A stretch of 61,086 nucleotides of DNA from Candidatus Adiutrix sp. (GTDB lineage: Bacteria > Desulfobacterota > Desulfarculia > Adiutricales > Adiutricaceae), in contig JAISJK010000068.1 of assembly GCA_031261565.1 (NCBI GenBank), positions 1-61,086 of the forward strand, given 5' to 3'. The translations under genes were made by a program, and so were the position numbers. The notes below the pieces were generated by a model. It was given only the letters and a program-made list of their open reading frames with translations. It was not told where the DNA came from and did no database searches. This document shows, one piece after another, positions 1-9,166 of this stretch; position 1 is the first letter of the stretch; each line of letters opens with the position of its first letter.

Positions 1-6
1 TTGGAA

Positions 7-66
7 CCTCCTGCCTAAAACATTGTCTGACATTCTTAATTTAATGGATTGTATTGGTTTTGTCAA
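7..66 (-). promoter_or_regulatory. sigma70-type promoter and RBS for a gene starting just left of the window
   Basis: Minus strand reads TTGACA (66-61), N17, TAAATT (43-38), with AGGAGG at 12-7. Confidence 0.55.
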
Positions 67-136
67 ATAAGCTAACAAGCTAAATGTTTCTTTTGTGGTG
101 AGCCCATTATCAAGACAAAAAAGATTCTCCCTATTC

Positions 137-868
137 TCACCCCTCCCTAGCCGCCCGGTAAACCGCCAAAGCGGCCAGGGCGGCCGTCTCGCTCCGCAGG
201 ATGGCCGCGCCCAGGCCCCAGGGGCGGAAGCCGGCTGTCTCCAGGGCGGCGGTCTCGGCCGGGCTGAGGCCGCCTTCCGGGCCGATGACCAACAGCGGGG
301 TCTCTCCGGCGCTGGTCAGGCCGGCCGGCCGGGGTTCCCCGCCGGGGTTCAGGTAAAAGCCGGGCTCGGCCGAGGCCCCGGCTTCAGTCAAAAGCTCCTT
401 TAAAGTCATCACCGGGCTGATGGTCAGGGGGGTGGAGCGGCCGCACTGTTTGCGGGCCTCTTCGGCCAGCCGCTGCCAGCGGGCACCCCGGCTCTGGCCG
501 CATCTGGCCTCTGCGCCTTTAGTGCGCTCGGTAATCAGGGGGGTCAGGGCACCGGCCCCCAACTCCACCGATTTTTCCACCGCCCAGTCAAAACGCGGCC
601 CCTGGATCAGAGCCAGGGCCAGCCGGAGGCCGCCCAAACTTTCAGCCCGGGCCCAGGGGCCGGTCAGGGTCAGGCCCAGCCCGGCGGGGGGGAAAACAGT
701 AGTGACCCGGGCCGGGGCCAGACCAGCCGGGCCGACCACTTCCACCACCGCCCCGGGGGTTAACCGCAAAACCACCGCGCCGTGGCGGGCCTGCTCCGGG
801 GCCAGAAAGACCTCCGGCCCCGGGGCCAAAGGGGCCGCCGGCGGCCAGCTCAGGCGAATAGTCCGCAA
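137..868 (-). CDS. rsmE: 16S rRNA m3U1498 methyltransferase RsmE
   Basis: Motifs EKSVELG, EARKQCGR, IGPEGG and ILRSETA. Start moved to the TTG at 868, which follows a GAGGG RBS just downstream of prmA. Confidence 0.9.
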   Translation of the reverse strand: MRTIRLSWPPAAPLAPGPEVFLAPEQARHGAVVLRLTPGAVVEVVGPAGLAPARVTTVFPPAGLGLTLTGPWARAESLGGLRLALALIQGPRFDWAVEKSVELGAGALTPLITERTKGAEARCGQSRGARWQRLAEEARKQCGRSTPLTISPVMTLKELLTEAGASAEPGFYLNPGGEPRPAGLTSAGETPLLVIGPEGGLSPAETAALETAGFRPWGLGAAILRSETAALAALAVYRAAREG

Positions 869-878
869 TTTTTGACCC

Positions 879-1766
879 TCACCGCCGGAGAAAAACCCCG
901 GCCTCCCAGCCATCCTGCCGCGAAATTTGCTGGCCGGCCCAGCCCAAAGATTCATAGACTTCATAAACTTCGGGGGCATCCTTCTCCGGCAGACCGGAGA
1001 GGATCAGCCAGGCTCCCGGCCCGGTCAGCCGGCTCACGGCCGGGGCCAGCTCCATTAGCGGGCCGCTGGTGATATTGGCCACGATGAGGTCAAAGGGGGC
1101 GGTTAAATCCTCCAGGGGCCGGACGCTGAAATCAATCCCGGTCAGTTGGTTGGCCCGGGCGTTGGCCTCGGCCACGGCCAAGGTTTCAGGGTCATTGTCC
1201 CGGCCCACCACTTCTGCCTCCGGGTTCAGGGCGGCGCAGGCCAGGGAGAGAATGCCGCTGCCGGCCCCTAAGTCCAGAATGCGCCTGGCCCGGGGAGCCA
1301 GCTCAGCCAGATGGGCCAGACACATAAAGGTGGTGGCGTGGTGGCCGCTGCCAAAAGCCAGGCCGGGGTCAATGCGCAGGATGATGTCTCCGGCGGGCAG
1401 GTCGTCAGCCGGCCACCAGGTGGGGGCCACAGCCAGCCGGGAGCTGACCGGGATCGGCTTTAAGCCCTCTTTCCACTTTTCCGCCCAGTCGTGATTTTTT
1501 TCCAGGGTCAGGCCAAAGGCGAAATCAGCGGTCGGAAAGTCAAAGGCCGCAGCCAGCCGGGCGACCATCTCCGGCAGAGCCGCCTCCAGCCGGGCCTGGT
1601 CAGCCGGGGGGAAGCCGGCCAACATCACCAGCCGGCCCCGCTCATCGGGCGGGTCTTCCCAGAGCCCGGCGGCTCCGGCTTCAAACAAGAGGGCACTGAC
1701 GGCCTCGGTGGCGGCCGGGGGGTGGTGGAGCGAAACCTTGAGCCAATTCAATGGGTTTTCGGCCAT
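879..1766 (-). CDS. prmA: ribosomal protein L11 methyltransferase
   Basis: DWAEKWK, IDPGLAFGSGHHATT, LDLGAGSGILS, DLIVANI and LILSG motifs; adjacent to rsmE. Confidence 0.93.
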   Translation of the reverse strand: MAENPLNWLKVSLHHPPAATEAVSALLFEAGAAGLWEDPPDERGRLVMLAGFPPADQARLEAALPEMVARLAAAFDFPTADFAFGLTLEKNHDWAEKWKEGLKPIPVSSRLAVAPTWWPADDLPAGDIILRIDPGLAFGSGHHATTFMCLAHLAELAPRARRILDLGAGSGILSLACAALNPEAEVVGRDNDPETLAVAEANARANQLTGIDFSVRPLEDLTAPFDLIVANITSGPLMELAPAVSRLTGPGAWLILSGLPEKDAPEVYEVYESLGWAGQQISRQDGWEAGVFLRR

Positions 1767-2614
1767 CAGGCCAGCCCTAAAAACTCGGTGGCCGCCCCGC
1801 CCAGCACCAGATCGGTTTCCCTCTCGGTCAGACCGGCCTCGGCCAAATAGCGGCGATAGCGGGATGGCTTCAAGAGGGGGTAGTCCGTGCCCAGAAAAAA
1901 ACGATCCGGCCCCAGAATTTTGAGGCCCATGGCCAGGGCGGCCGGGTCAAACAGATAGGGCATGGCCGCCGTGTCAAAACGCACATCGGCCAGAGTCTCC
2001 TTGACCTCTTTTTTGAGGGTGGCCAGAAAGGGCAGCCCCCCGCCGAAATGGGCCAGGAGGAGCTTGACCCCCGGGCAGCGCCGGGCCAGCTCATAAATCT
2101 GGCCGATCTCCAGCGGGGCCTTGCCTGGATACTGGTGGCCGATGGGCTCGTTGACGTGGACGAGGAAAACCCGGCCCCGGTCGCGGCACAGGCCGCCCAG
2201 GGTTTCCAGGCGGTTCAGCTCGGTCTGGCCGAAACCCCGGTCGTAAAGACACAGTTCCCCCAGGCCGAAAGCGCCCCCGGCCAGCATGACCTCGGCGTGG
2301 CGTTCGGCCCAGGGGGCCAGGAGGTCAAAGGCGGCCAGGGGGTGCAAGCGGCCGGGGTGTTTGTCGGCCTCGGCCAGCAGCCACTCGTTATGAAGCTTGG
2401 CCGTCTCCTCGTGGGACCAGGGGAAGCCCATGACCAGGGCCTGATCCACCCCTTCCTCATCCATCACCGCCAGCAGCTGCTCGGTGGAGACCATGCGGGC
2501 TTTGGGGTCGCGGTAAAGGGCCGTCCAGGCGCCCTCGCCGGCGATAAAACGCGCACGATCCCCGGCTATTTCCGGCGGCGTCAGGTGAACATGAACATCA
2601 ATGACTGGGGACAT
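1766..2614 (-). CDS. amidohydrolase family (Amidohydro_2) protein
   Basis: DVHVH, GLGE, VHVNE, LAHFGG, FDTA and GTDYP motifs. Confidence 0.85.
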   Translation of the reverse strand: MSPVIDVHVHLTPPEIAGDRARFIAGEGAWTALYRDPKARMVSTEQLLAVMDEEGVDQALVMGFPWSHEETAKLHNEWLLAEADKHPGRLHPLAAFDLLAPWAERHAEVMLAGGAFGLGELCLYDRGFGQTELNRLETLGGLCRDRGRVFLVHVNEPIGHQYPGKAPLEIGQIYELARRCPGVKLLLAHFGGGLPFLATLKKEVKETLADVRFDTAAMPYLFDPAALAMGLKILGPDRFFLGTDYPLLKPSRYRRYLAEAGLTERETDLVLGGAATEFLGLA

Positions 2615-2628
2615 GGGTCGCCTTCCTT

Positions 2629-3141
2629 TTAGGGGATGGTCATCTGTAAATAAGTCGGGCCGGGCTCCGGGTCGCGGTTTAAGCCCTGATAGAGGGGGTC
2701 GGCGTAGCGGGCAAAAGTCTGGCGGTCGTCAATGACCCGCTGGAGGCCGCCCCGGCCGCCGATGGTCAAGGTGGCCCGCAACGGGAAATCAGCCACAATG
2801 TCGCCGCTTTTCAGGGCCTCGGGGCCATAGCGGGGCACGGGCTCAAAGACCAGCTCCAGGGCCCCCTGGGAGTCGGTCCGGCCCCGGCCCGAGGCCGGGC
2901 TGATCAGGCGGGTGGGGGCCTCCACTTCGATAGCGACCTCCGCGCCGGCCACCGGCCGGAAGTTGGCCCTCTCCAGCACCACCGTGATCTGGCGCTGGTA
3001 GCCGACCGGCGGGGCGGTGGGGTCAGTCAGGACAGCCGAGCGGGGGCCGCAGCCAGCCAGGAAGAGGGCCATCACCAGACCGGCCAGACAGAGACAGACC
3101 GGCCGGGGGGCTGTTTCATTAACAGGGCAGCGCGGCTTCAT
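2629..3141 (-). CDS. hypothetical lipoprotein
   Basis: Hydrophobic segment ending in a lipobox (LAGC). The start is uncertain; ATG 3141 overlaps the end of rne. Confidence 0.65.
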   Translation of the reverse strand: MKPRCPVNETAPRPVCLCLAGLVMALFLAGCGPRSAVLTDPTAPPVGYQRQITVVLERANFRPVAGAEVAIEVEAPTRLISPASGRGRTDSQGALELVFEPVPRYGPEALKSGDIVADFPLRATLTIGGRGGLQRVIDDRQTFARYADPLYQGLNRDPEPGPTYLQMTIP

Positions 3142-4705
3142 CTGGCCCATCCAATTCCAGCTCCAGCTCTGACTCAATGGCCGGCGAATCCATCCGCCCG
3201 CCCATAACTTCGCCGGGTTTTAAGGCTTCGCATTCCGACCCGCGCCGGGCCTGCTCCACTTCCCACTGGCCGGGGGGGAGGGCCGGGTCGCCGCAGACGA
3301 TGACCTTGGCCCGGTGGCGCTCTTCCAGCCGGCTCAGTTCCAGCCGCTTGTAATTCAGGAGGTAGTTGGCCACCTCCGGGTTTAGGCGGACTTTGACCGA
3401 GGCCAGGCCGCCCTTGGCCATGGAGTGGGCTATCTGGCGCAAGACCCCCAGGGAGGCGTTTTCCGGGGTCTTGACCAGGCCGCGCCCCTGACAGGCCGGA
3501 CAGGTGATGTAGTTGCCCATCTCAATGGAGGGCCGCAGCCGCTGGCGCGACAGCTCCAGCAGGCCAAACTTGGAGATATGCCCGAAATCGGTTTTGGCCT
3601 TGTCATTTTTGGTGGCGTCTTTAATCCGCTTTTCCACTTCCCGGCGGTGCTTTTCCTCGCGCATGTCGATGAAATCCACCACCACCAGGCCGCCCAGGTC
3701 TCTCAGGCGCAGTTGGCGGGCCACTTCATCGGCCGCCTCCAGGTTGGCCTGGAGGGCCGTATCTTCCAGCCCGCCGTCTTTGGCCCCCCGGCCGGAGTTG
3801 ACGTCAATGGAGACCAGGGCCTCGGTGGGGGTGATGACAATGGAGCCGCCGCTTTTGAGCTTGACCCGCTCGTGGGAAATGGTCTCCAACTGCTCCTCAA
3901 GCTGGTGGCGGGCGAAAATGGGCCGCTTTTCCTTGTGGAGCTTGACCGCCCGGGCCTGATCCGGGGCGATGGTTTTGACGTAGTCCCGCACTTTCTGGAA
4001 GGTGGTCTCGTCATCCACCAGGATTTCCTTGACCGCCGGGGTCAGGTGATCCCGCAGGATTTTCACGGCCAGATCCTGCTCCCGGTAAATCAGCGAGGGG
4101 GCCGGGGCCTCCCGGCCCTGGGCCCGGATATCTTCCCAGAGATTGAAAACCTGGCTGAGGTCGGCGGCCAGTTCCCGCTCGGTGCGGCTGTCGGCCACTG
4201 TGCGGACAATGTAGCCGCAGCCCTCGGGCACCGGCAGGGAGTCGGTGATCTGGCGCAGCCGGGCCCGCTCCCGGTCATTCTCGATCTTGCGGCTGACCCC
4301 GACATGGTCGCGCCCGGGAGTCAGCACCACAAAGCGTCCGGCCAGCGAGATGTAGGTGGTCAGGGCTGCGCCCTTGATCTCCGAGGGCTCCTTCTGCACC
4401 TGCACCAGGATGGGCTGGCCTTTTTTGAGCATCTTTTTCAGGTCAGGGGCGCGGCCGGTGGGCTCCTCCTGAAAATACTCGGGGTGGATGTCGCCGATCT
4501 GCAGAAAGCCATTGCGGCCATTGCCGTAGTTGACAAAAGCCGCCTGGAGGCTGGGCTCAATGTTTTGAATGACGCCTTTGTAAATGTTGCCCAGGCTGAG
4601 CTCCCTGAGGATGGAGTCGGTGTAGTACTCCTCCAGGTGCCCGGCTTCATCCAGCATGGCGACCCGGCACTCTTCAGGGTCAATGGCGTTGATAAGAATT
4701 TTCAC
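3119..4705 (-). CDS. rne: ribonuclease E/G family (short form)
   Basis: GNIYKG, AAFVNYG (S1 domain), IDVNSG, LRDLGGLVVVDFIDM and CPACQGRG (Zn link). GTG start at 4705 follows an AAGGAG RBS. Confidence 0.9.
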   Translation of the reverse strand: MKILINAIDPEECRVAMLDEAGHLEEYYTDSILRELSLGNIYKGVIQNIEPSLQAAFVNYGNGRNGFLQIGDIHPEYFQEEPTGRAPDLKKMLKKGQPILVQVQKEPSEIKGAALTTYISLAGRFVVLTPGRDHVGVSRKIENDRERARLRQITDSLPVPEGCGYIVRTVADSRTERELAADLSQVFNLWEDIRAQGREAPAPSLIYREQDLAVKILRDHLTPAVKEILVDDETTFQKVRDYVKTIAPDQARAVKLHKEKRPIFARHQLEEQLETISHERVKLKSGGSIVITPTEALVSIDVNSGRGAKDGGLEDTALQANLEAADEVARQLRLRDLGGLVVVDFIDMREEKHRREVEKRIKDATKNDKAKTDFGHISKFGLLELSRQRLRPSIEMGNYITCPACQGRGLVKTPENASLGVLRQIAHSMAKGGLASVKVRLNPEVANYLLNYKRLELSRLEERHRAKVIVCGDPALPPGQWEVEQARRGSECEALKPGEVMGGRMDSPAIESELELELDGPDEAALPC

Positions 4706-4719
4706 AAATACTCCTTGAG

Positions 4720-7700
4720 TTAATGTCCCGCGCGCCCATGGCCGGCCTGAAAGAACTTCACCTGATACATGAAGGCTTCCAGGCGGGCCTGGGTATTGGT
4801 CTGACTTTGACCATCGAAAGACAAATTTAATGACGGCAGGCCGTCGCAGGCCTCCCGGAAAGTTTGGGTCAGCCCTCCCACCACCATGCCGGGCATGCAG
4901 GTGAAAGGCATGATATTGACTAAGCCCGCAGCCTGGCGATGGTAAAATTCCATCCCCTTGCCCAGAGAGAGGATGGCCTCGCCCTGGAAACTGCGGTGCA
5001 GAAATTTTTCGCCCTGGGCCACCACGCCCCTGACCGGCGGGTCCACCGCCCCGAGATGGAAGAAACCATGCCAGGGGCCGGCCAGCTTTTTCAGATCGCG
5101 GCTCTGCAACCAGCCGATAAACTTGTGTTTCAGGCGAGCCGGCCAGTCGCCGCGCCGCCCGGCCCGCATGGCGTTGATGTAGCCCACGTAAAAAATCCAC
5201 TCGGCGAAAGTCGGTGCCAGCACTTCCGCACCCAGAGATTCCAGCCGCCGGATGACGTTTTCATTGGCGAATTCATTGTGGCGGACATAAATTTCCCCCA
5301 CCAGGCCCACCCGAGGTTTGGCCCCCGGGGGGATGGAGCGGTCAGTGGCCACTTCAAAGCGTTCCCGGGCCACCTTCATGACCCGGAGCAAACCCTCGCC
5401 CTTTTCCACCGCCGCCAGGAGGTCGGCCAGGGCGGTCTGGTAAGCCGCATCGGCCGCCCCGGCTGTGGATTCGCGGGGGCGGGTCTGCCACAGGGCTTTT
5501 TGCAAATAATCAACGCCCACCAGGGCCCGCCAGAAGCGGCGGGACAAGCTTTCGAGGCCGGATCGGCCCCCGGAGCCGGCCGCGTCGAGGGCCTGGTACA
5601 TGCCCCCGGTCTGATCCAGAGAAACCACCTCCAGATCGCCCAGGCCCAGACGCTTCATCACCAGCCGCAGATAGCGGCTGTACTGGCCAAAGCGGCAGGG
5701 GCCGTTGGAGGAGGGCATGAAGACCGCGCTGGTTTCCGGGTCAAAATCCGGCCGCCGGGTCAGCTTGATGAAATCCCCCACCGTCAGAATCAGGGGAAAG
5801 CACTCCTTGCCGGAAGTCTGAGACCGGCCCAGCTCAATGGTCTCCCGGTCCGAGGGCGGCAGAGCCACGGCCTTGAAGCCCACACTGCGGAAAGCCGCCG
5901 CCGCCCCCAGCACATGGTCGCACATGGGCGGCAGATACAGAGTCTTATCCAGCCGGGGGGCGCGGTGAACCGAGATGGCGGCCGTCTCGGCCGGCGGCTG
6001 GGCCGCCTGTCGGGCCCGGCGGGCGGCCAGGGAGTCGAGAAAAGCTTCCAGGCGGGTGACGGCCCCCACATCGGAGGAGTGCTCGTCAATCTCAATCTCC
6101 AGAAAGGGTTTAGCCCCCAGGAGGTTTTTAAAGAAATGGATGATAAAGGAATCGGGGCCGCAGCCGAAATTGGAAATATAGAGAGCTTCCAGCCGCTGAT
6201 CCCGGGCGATGAGCTCGGCCGCCGCCGTTATTTTCTGGCCGTAGCGCCAGTAATGGGAAACCGCTTCGCCCTGATTGGTGGCCAGGGGCAGAAAATCCAT
6301 GGGCAGACCCAGGACGCCCAAATCGGCCAGTTTCCGGTTAAGCCGGAGATTTAAGCCCGGATCAAAGCCGTTGTAGGGCCGGGCCACCACCACCAGGGCC
6401 TTTTCCTCCGGCCCCAGTTGGGCCAGCATCTCCCGGCCCTTGTCCACCAGGCGGCGGCTGAAGGCGGCCTGGGCGGCCCGGGCTTCAAGCATGGCCTCTT
6501 TCACCCGGGGCCGGGCTATTTTCAGGCCCCGGGTCAGAGCTGCCAGGGAGTCGAGCAGCACTTTTTCCCCCTCGCCGAAAAAAACCGGGCCGGTGAGAAA
6601 GTTCACGCCCGACAGGCCCAAAGCGGCCGGGGCCGTGTAGGCCAGAGACTGGACATAGGGGCAGGCGGCGCTGTCCGGCGGCGAGCCGGGCTGAGAAGGG
6701 TCATTGATGCCGCCGGAGGGCAGATTGACCAGCGAGGGCAGAAAGATGTAATCCGGCTTTTTATCGGCCAGATCCAGGAGGTGGCCGTGGGCGGCCTTGA
6801 TGGGAAAACAGAATTCACTGCCGACCCGCTCGCAGCCCCGGTGGATGATGCTCTTATTGGTGGGGCTGGACCAGACCGGCACAAAGCCCAGGGCGGCCCA
6901 GAAAACAGCCCAGAACGGCCCCAGTTCCCCAAAGAACATGGAGCGGATCAGGCCCATTTTGGGGCGGGGCAGCCCGGGATTGCGCTCCAGAACGGCCGAC
7001 AGCTCCGGCGGGTTGAAGGTCAGGTCGGTTCGGTATTCAAAAAGGTCGGGCCACTTGGAGGGCTCCGGGCGGCGGCCGGCCGCTTCCTCGAATTTGCCGC
7101 AGCGGCTGCCGTAGAAAAAGGGCGAGCCGCCGGCCACGGTCACCTGGCGTATTTCGCAGCGGTTGGCGCAGTCGCGGCACTCAAAGCTTTTGATTTCATA
7201 GGGCCGGGTGGAGAGGTCAAAGCCCACGAAGCGGCTTTGGGGCCACCGGCGCCGGTCGCGGGCGATGAGGGCCGCCCCTACGGCCCCGGTGACATCGGCG
7301 TTGTCGGGCACGGTGATGGCCCGCCCCAGGCGGCTTTCAAAGGCGGCGGCCACCCCCTGGTTAAAGCTGGTGCCGCCCTGGAAGAAAATGTTCCGGCCCA
7401 CCGGCCTGGTTTCCACCACCCGGCCGAGGTAGTTGGCCACAATGCCGTAACAGAGCCCGGCCGTCAGATCCTGATGATCCACGCCCTTTTGCTGGTGATG
7501 AATCAGGTCGGATTCCATGAAAACAGTGCAGCGCTCGCCCAGGGCCACCGGGCTCCGGCTGGCCAGGGCGGCCTCGCCGAATTCCCCTTTGATCTGCAGG
7601 CCCAGCTTTTCGGCCTGCTCCTCCAGAAAGGAGCCGGTGCCGGCGGCGCAGGCCTTGTTCATCATAAAATCAACGATAACCCCGTCGGCCAGGGAGATAT

Positions 7701-9009
7701 ATTTGGAATCCTGCCCGCCGATTTCAAAAATAGTGTCCACCTGGGGGTCAATGGCCACGGCGGCCGTGGCCTGGGCCGTGATCTCGTTGACGGTCAGGTC
7801 GGCGCCTAAATAATCGGCCGACAAATAGCGGCCGGAGCCGGTGGTGCAGACTCCCAGCACCTCGGCCTTGTCCCTGACCACCTGGGGCAGACGGCTGAAG
7901 GCCATGGTAATGGCTTCCAGGGGCCGCCCGGCGGTGGGCAGATACTGGCGGGAGACCAGCCGGCCGTCTTCGGTCACCAGCACCACATTGGTGCTGACCG
8001 AGCCCACATCCACCCCGATATAGACAGGCAACCGATCTGGGGCCTGGCCCCAGTCAAATTCCGTCTCCGCCGGCCGGCGGGCCGGCCGCCTGAGGGGGGG
8101 CAGCCGTTCCGGCGGCTGGTGATCCCGGGCCAGGAAATCATTTAAAGCGGCCCGGTTCAAGCCCGAGCCGACGCCGGGCCGGGCCTGGGCCTGGGCTTGC
8201 AGGGCCGCCCCCACCGCTCCAAAGACGAAATGGGTCTCGGGGACGATCAGCTGGCCGTCCGTCAGGCCCATCACTTCTTTCAGCGCCCGGATAAGCCCGG
8301 GGTTGGCCGCCACCCCGCCGGTGAAGAGAACCGGCGCGGGCAAAGGCCGCCCCTTGGCCAGGCCGCTTTTCAGGCTGCGGGCCATAGCCAGGCACAGGCC
8401 GTAAATTATCTCGTAGTCCGGGGTGGCTGACTGCTGGAGGTGAATCATGTCGCTTTTGGCGAAAACGCTGCACCGCCCGGCCACCCGGGGCGGTATCTCG
8501 CTCTTGAGGGCCAGCCGGCCAAATTCCTCAACATTATAGCCCAGGCGGTGAGCCTGCTGATCCAGAAAAGAGCCGGTGCCGGCGGCGCACATGGCGTTCA
8601 TGGCGAAATCAGCCAGGGCCGGGCGGCTGTTTTCCGGCCTGAACCACAGCACCTTGGTGTCTTCACCGCCGATGTCCACCAGACTGGCCGGGCTGGCCAT
8701 CTCGCGGCCGGCGGCCAGCGACAGGGCCATAATTTCGCCGACGGGCTCTCCGCCCAGCAGCTCGGCCAATTCAGCCGCCGCCGAGCCAGTGACGGCCGTC
8801 CCCTGAATCTCGGCCGCCGGCCAGGTTTCCAGCAGGGTGGTCAGAGCCTGGGCCACAGCGGCAAAGGGGCGGCCGTGATGGCGGTGGTAGGACTGGTGGG
8901 CCAGCCGGCCGCCGGCCTCGATTAAGGCCGTCTTGACGCTGATGGAGCCGATATCCAGCCCCAGAAAGTATTGACCCGGCCCGGCTGGCGAATGTTCTTC
9001 CGACTTAAT
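4720..9009 (-). CDS. 2-hydroxyacyl-CoA dehydratase activase fusion (two BadF/BadG/BcrA/BcrD ATPase domains, DUF2229 and dehydratase-like domains)
   Basis: Two ASKHA activase repeats (GLDIGSISVK...DIGGEDTK...CAAGTGSFLD and GVDVGSVSTN...EIGGQDSK...CAAGTGSFLE), plus CRDCANRC, CFPIK, NFGCGPD and MPFTCMP. The first motif lies upstream of the track start at 8856; the frame is open up to an ATT at 9009 that follows AAGGGGGT. Confidence 0.85.
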   Translation of the reverse strand: MKSEEHSPAGPGQYFLGLDIGSISVKTALIEAGGRLAHQSYHRHHGRPFAAVAQALTTLLETWPAAEIQGTAVTGSAAAELAELLGGEPVGEIMALSLAAGREMASPASLVDIGGEDTKVLWFRPENSRPALADFAMNAMCAAGTGSFLDQQAHRLGYNVEEFGRLALKSEIPPRVAGRCSVFAKSDMIHLQQSATPDYEIIYGLCLAMARSLKSGLAKGRPLPAPVLFTGGVAANPGLIRALKEVMGLTDGQLIVPETHFVFGAVGAALQAQAQARPGVGSGLNRAALNDFLARDHQPPERLPPLRRPARRPAETEFDWGQAPDRLPVYIGVDVGSVSTNVVLVTEDGRLVSRQYLPTAGRPLEAITMAFSRLPQVVRDKAEVLGVCTTGSGRYLSADYLGADLTVNEITAQATAAVAIDPQVDTIFEIGGQDSKYISLADGVIVDFMMNKACAAGTGSFLEEQAEKLGLQIKGEFGEAALASRSPVALGERCTVFMESDLIHHQQKGVDHQDLTAGLCYGIVANYLGRVVETRPVGRNIFFQGGTSFNQGVAAAFESRLGRAITVPDNADVTGAVGAALIARDRRRWPQSRFVGFDLSTRPYEIKSFECRDCANRCEIRQVTVAGGSPFFYGSRCGKFEEAAGRRPEPSKWPDLFEYRTDLTFNPPELSAVLERNPGLPRPKMGLIRSMFFGELGPFWAVFWAALGFVPVWSSPTNKSIIHRGCERVGSEFCFPIKAAHGHLLDLADKKPDYIFLPSLVNLPSGGINDPSQPGSPPDSAACPYVQSLAYTAPAALGLSGVNFLTGPVFFGEGEKVLLDSLAALTRGLKIARPRVKEAMLEARAAQAAFSRRLVDKGREMLAQLGPEEKALVVVARPYNGFDPGLNLRLNRKLADLGVLGLPMDFLPLATNQGEAVSHYWRYGQKITAAAELIARDQRLEALYISNFGCGPDSFIIHFFKNLLGAKPFLEIEIDEHSSDVGAVTRLEAFLDSLAARRARQAAQPPAETAAISVHRAPRLDKTLYLPPMCDHVLGAAAAFRSVGFKAVALPPSDRETIELGRSQTSGKECFPLILTVGDFIKLTRRPDFDPETSAVFMPSSNGPCRFGQYSRYLRLVMKRLGLGDLEVVSLDQTGGMYQALDAAGSGGRSGLESLSRRFWRALVGVDYLQKALWQTRPRESTAGAADAAYQTALADLLAAVEKGEGLLRVMKVARERFEVATDRSIPPGAKPRVGLVGEIYVRHNEFANENVIRRLESLGAEVLAPTFAEWIFYVGYINAMRAGRRGDWPARLKHKFIGWLQSRDLKKLAGPWHGFFHLGAVDPPVRGVVAQGEKFLHRSFQGEAILSLGKGMEFYHRQAAGLVNIMPFTCMPGMVVGGLTQTFREACDGLPSLNLSFDGQSQTNTQARLEAFMYQVKFFQAGHGRAGH

Positions 9010-9070
9010 GTCCCACCCCCTTACAGATATAAACTTTTTCAGTATAGCATTTCCCGGCGGAAAAATATAG

Positions 9071-9151
9071 AAAAAGCCGGCCCGGCAACTTGAAGTTGTC
9101 CGGATCGGCTTTTAAAAGCGTCATCCCGCCCGGAGAGCGGGCAGGATGACG
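9071..9151 (-). terminator. double hairpin plus intrinsic terminator downstream of adh copy 1
   Basis: Stems AAAAGCCGG...TCGGCTTTT (9071-9113) and CGTCATCC...GGATGACG (9119-9151). Confidence 0.7.
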
Positions 9152-9166
9152 GCGTTTGGCTGGTGA

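Noticed and set aside
4706-5200. Track N-terminal extensions of rne (similarly rsmE, neuA, mrcA, cydA, hcpR)
   Set aside because: They overlap neighbouring genes or promoters, and better downstream starts exist, most with an RBS or a coupled stop.
3425-7809. Long plus-strand ORFs (3425-4723, 4939-6354, 6418-7809) and similar antisense ORFs across the window
   Set aside because: Shadow ORFs opposite well-supported genes, as expected in high-GC DNA.
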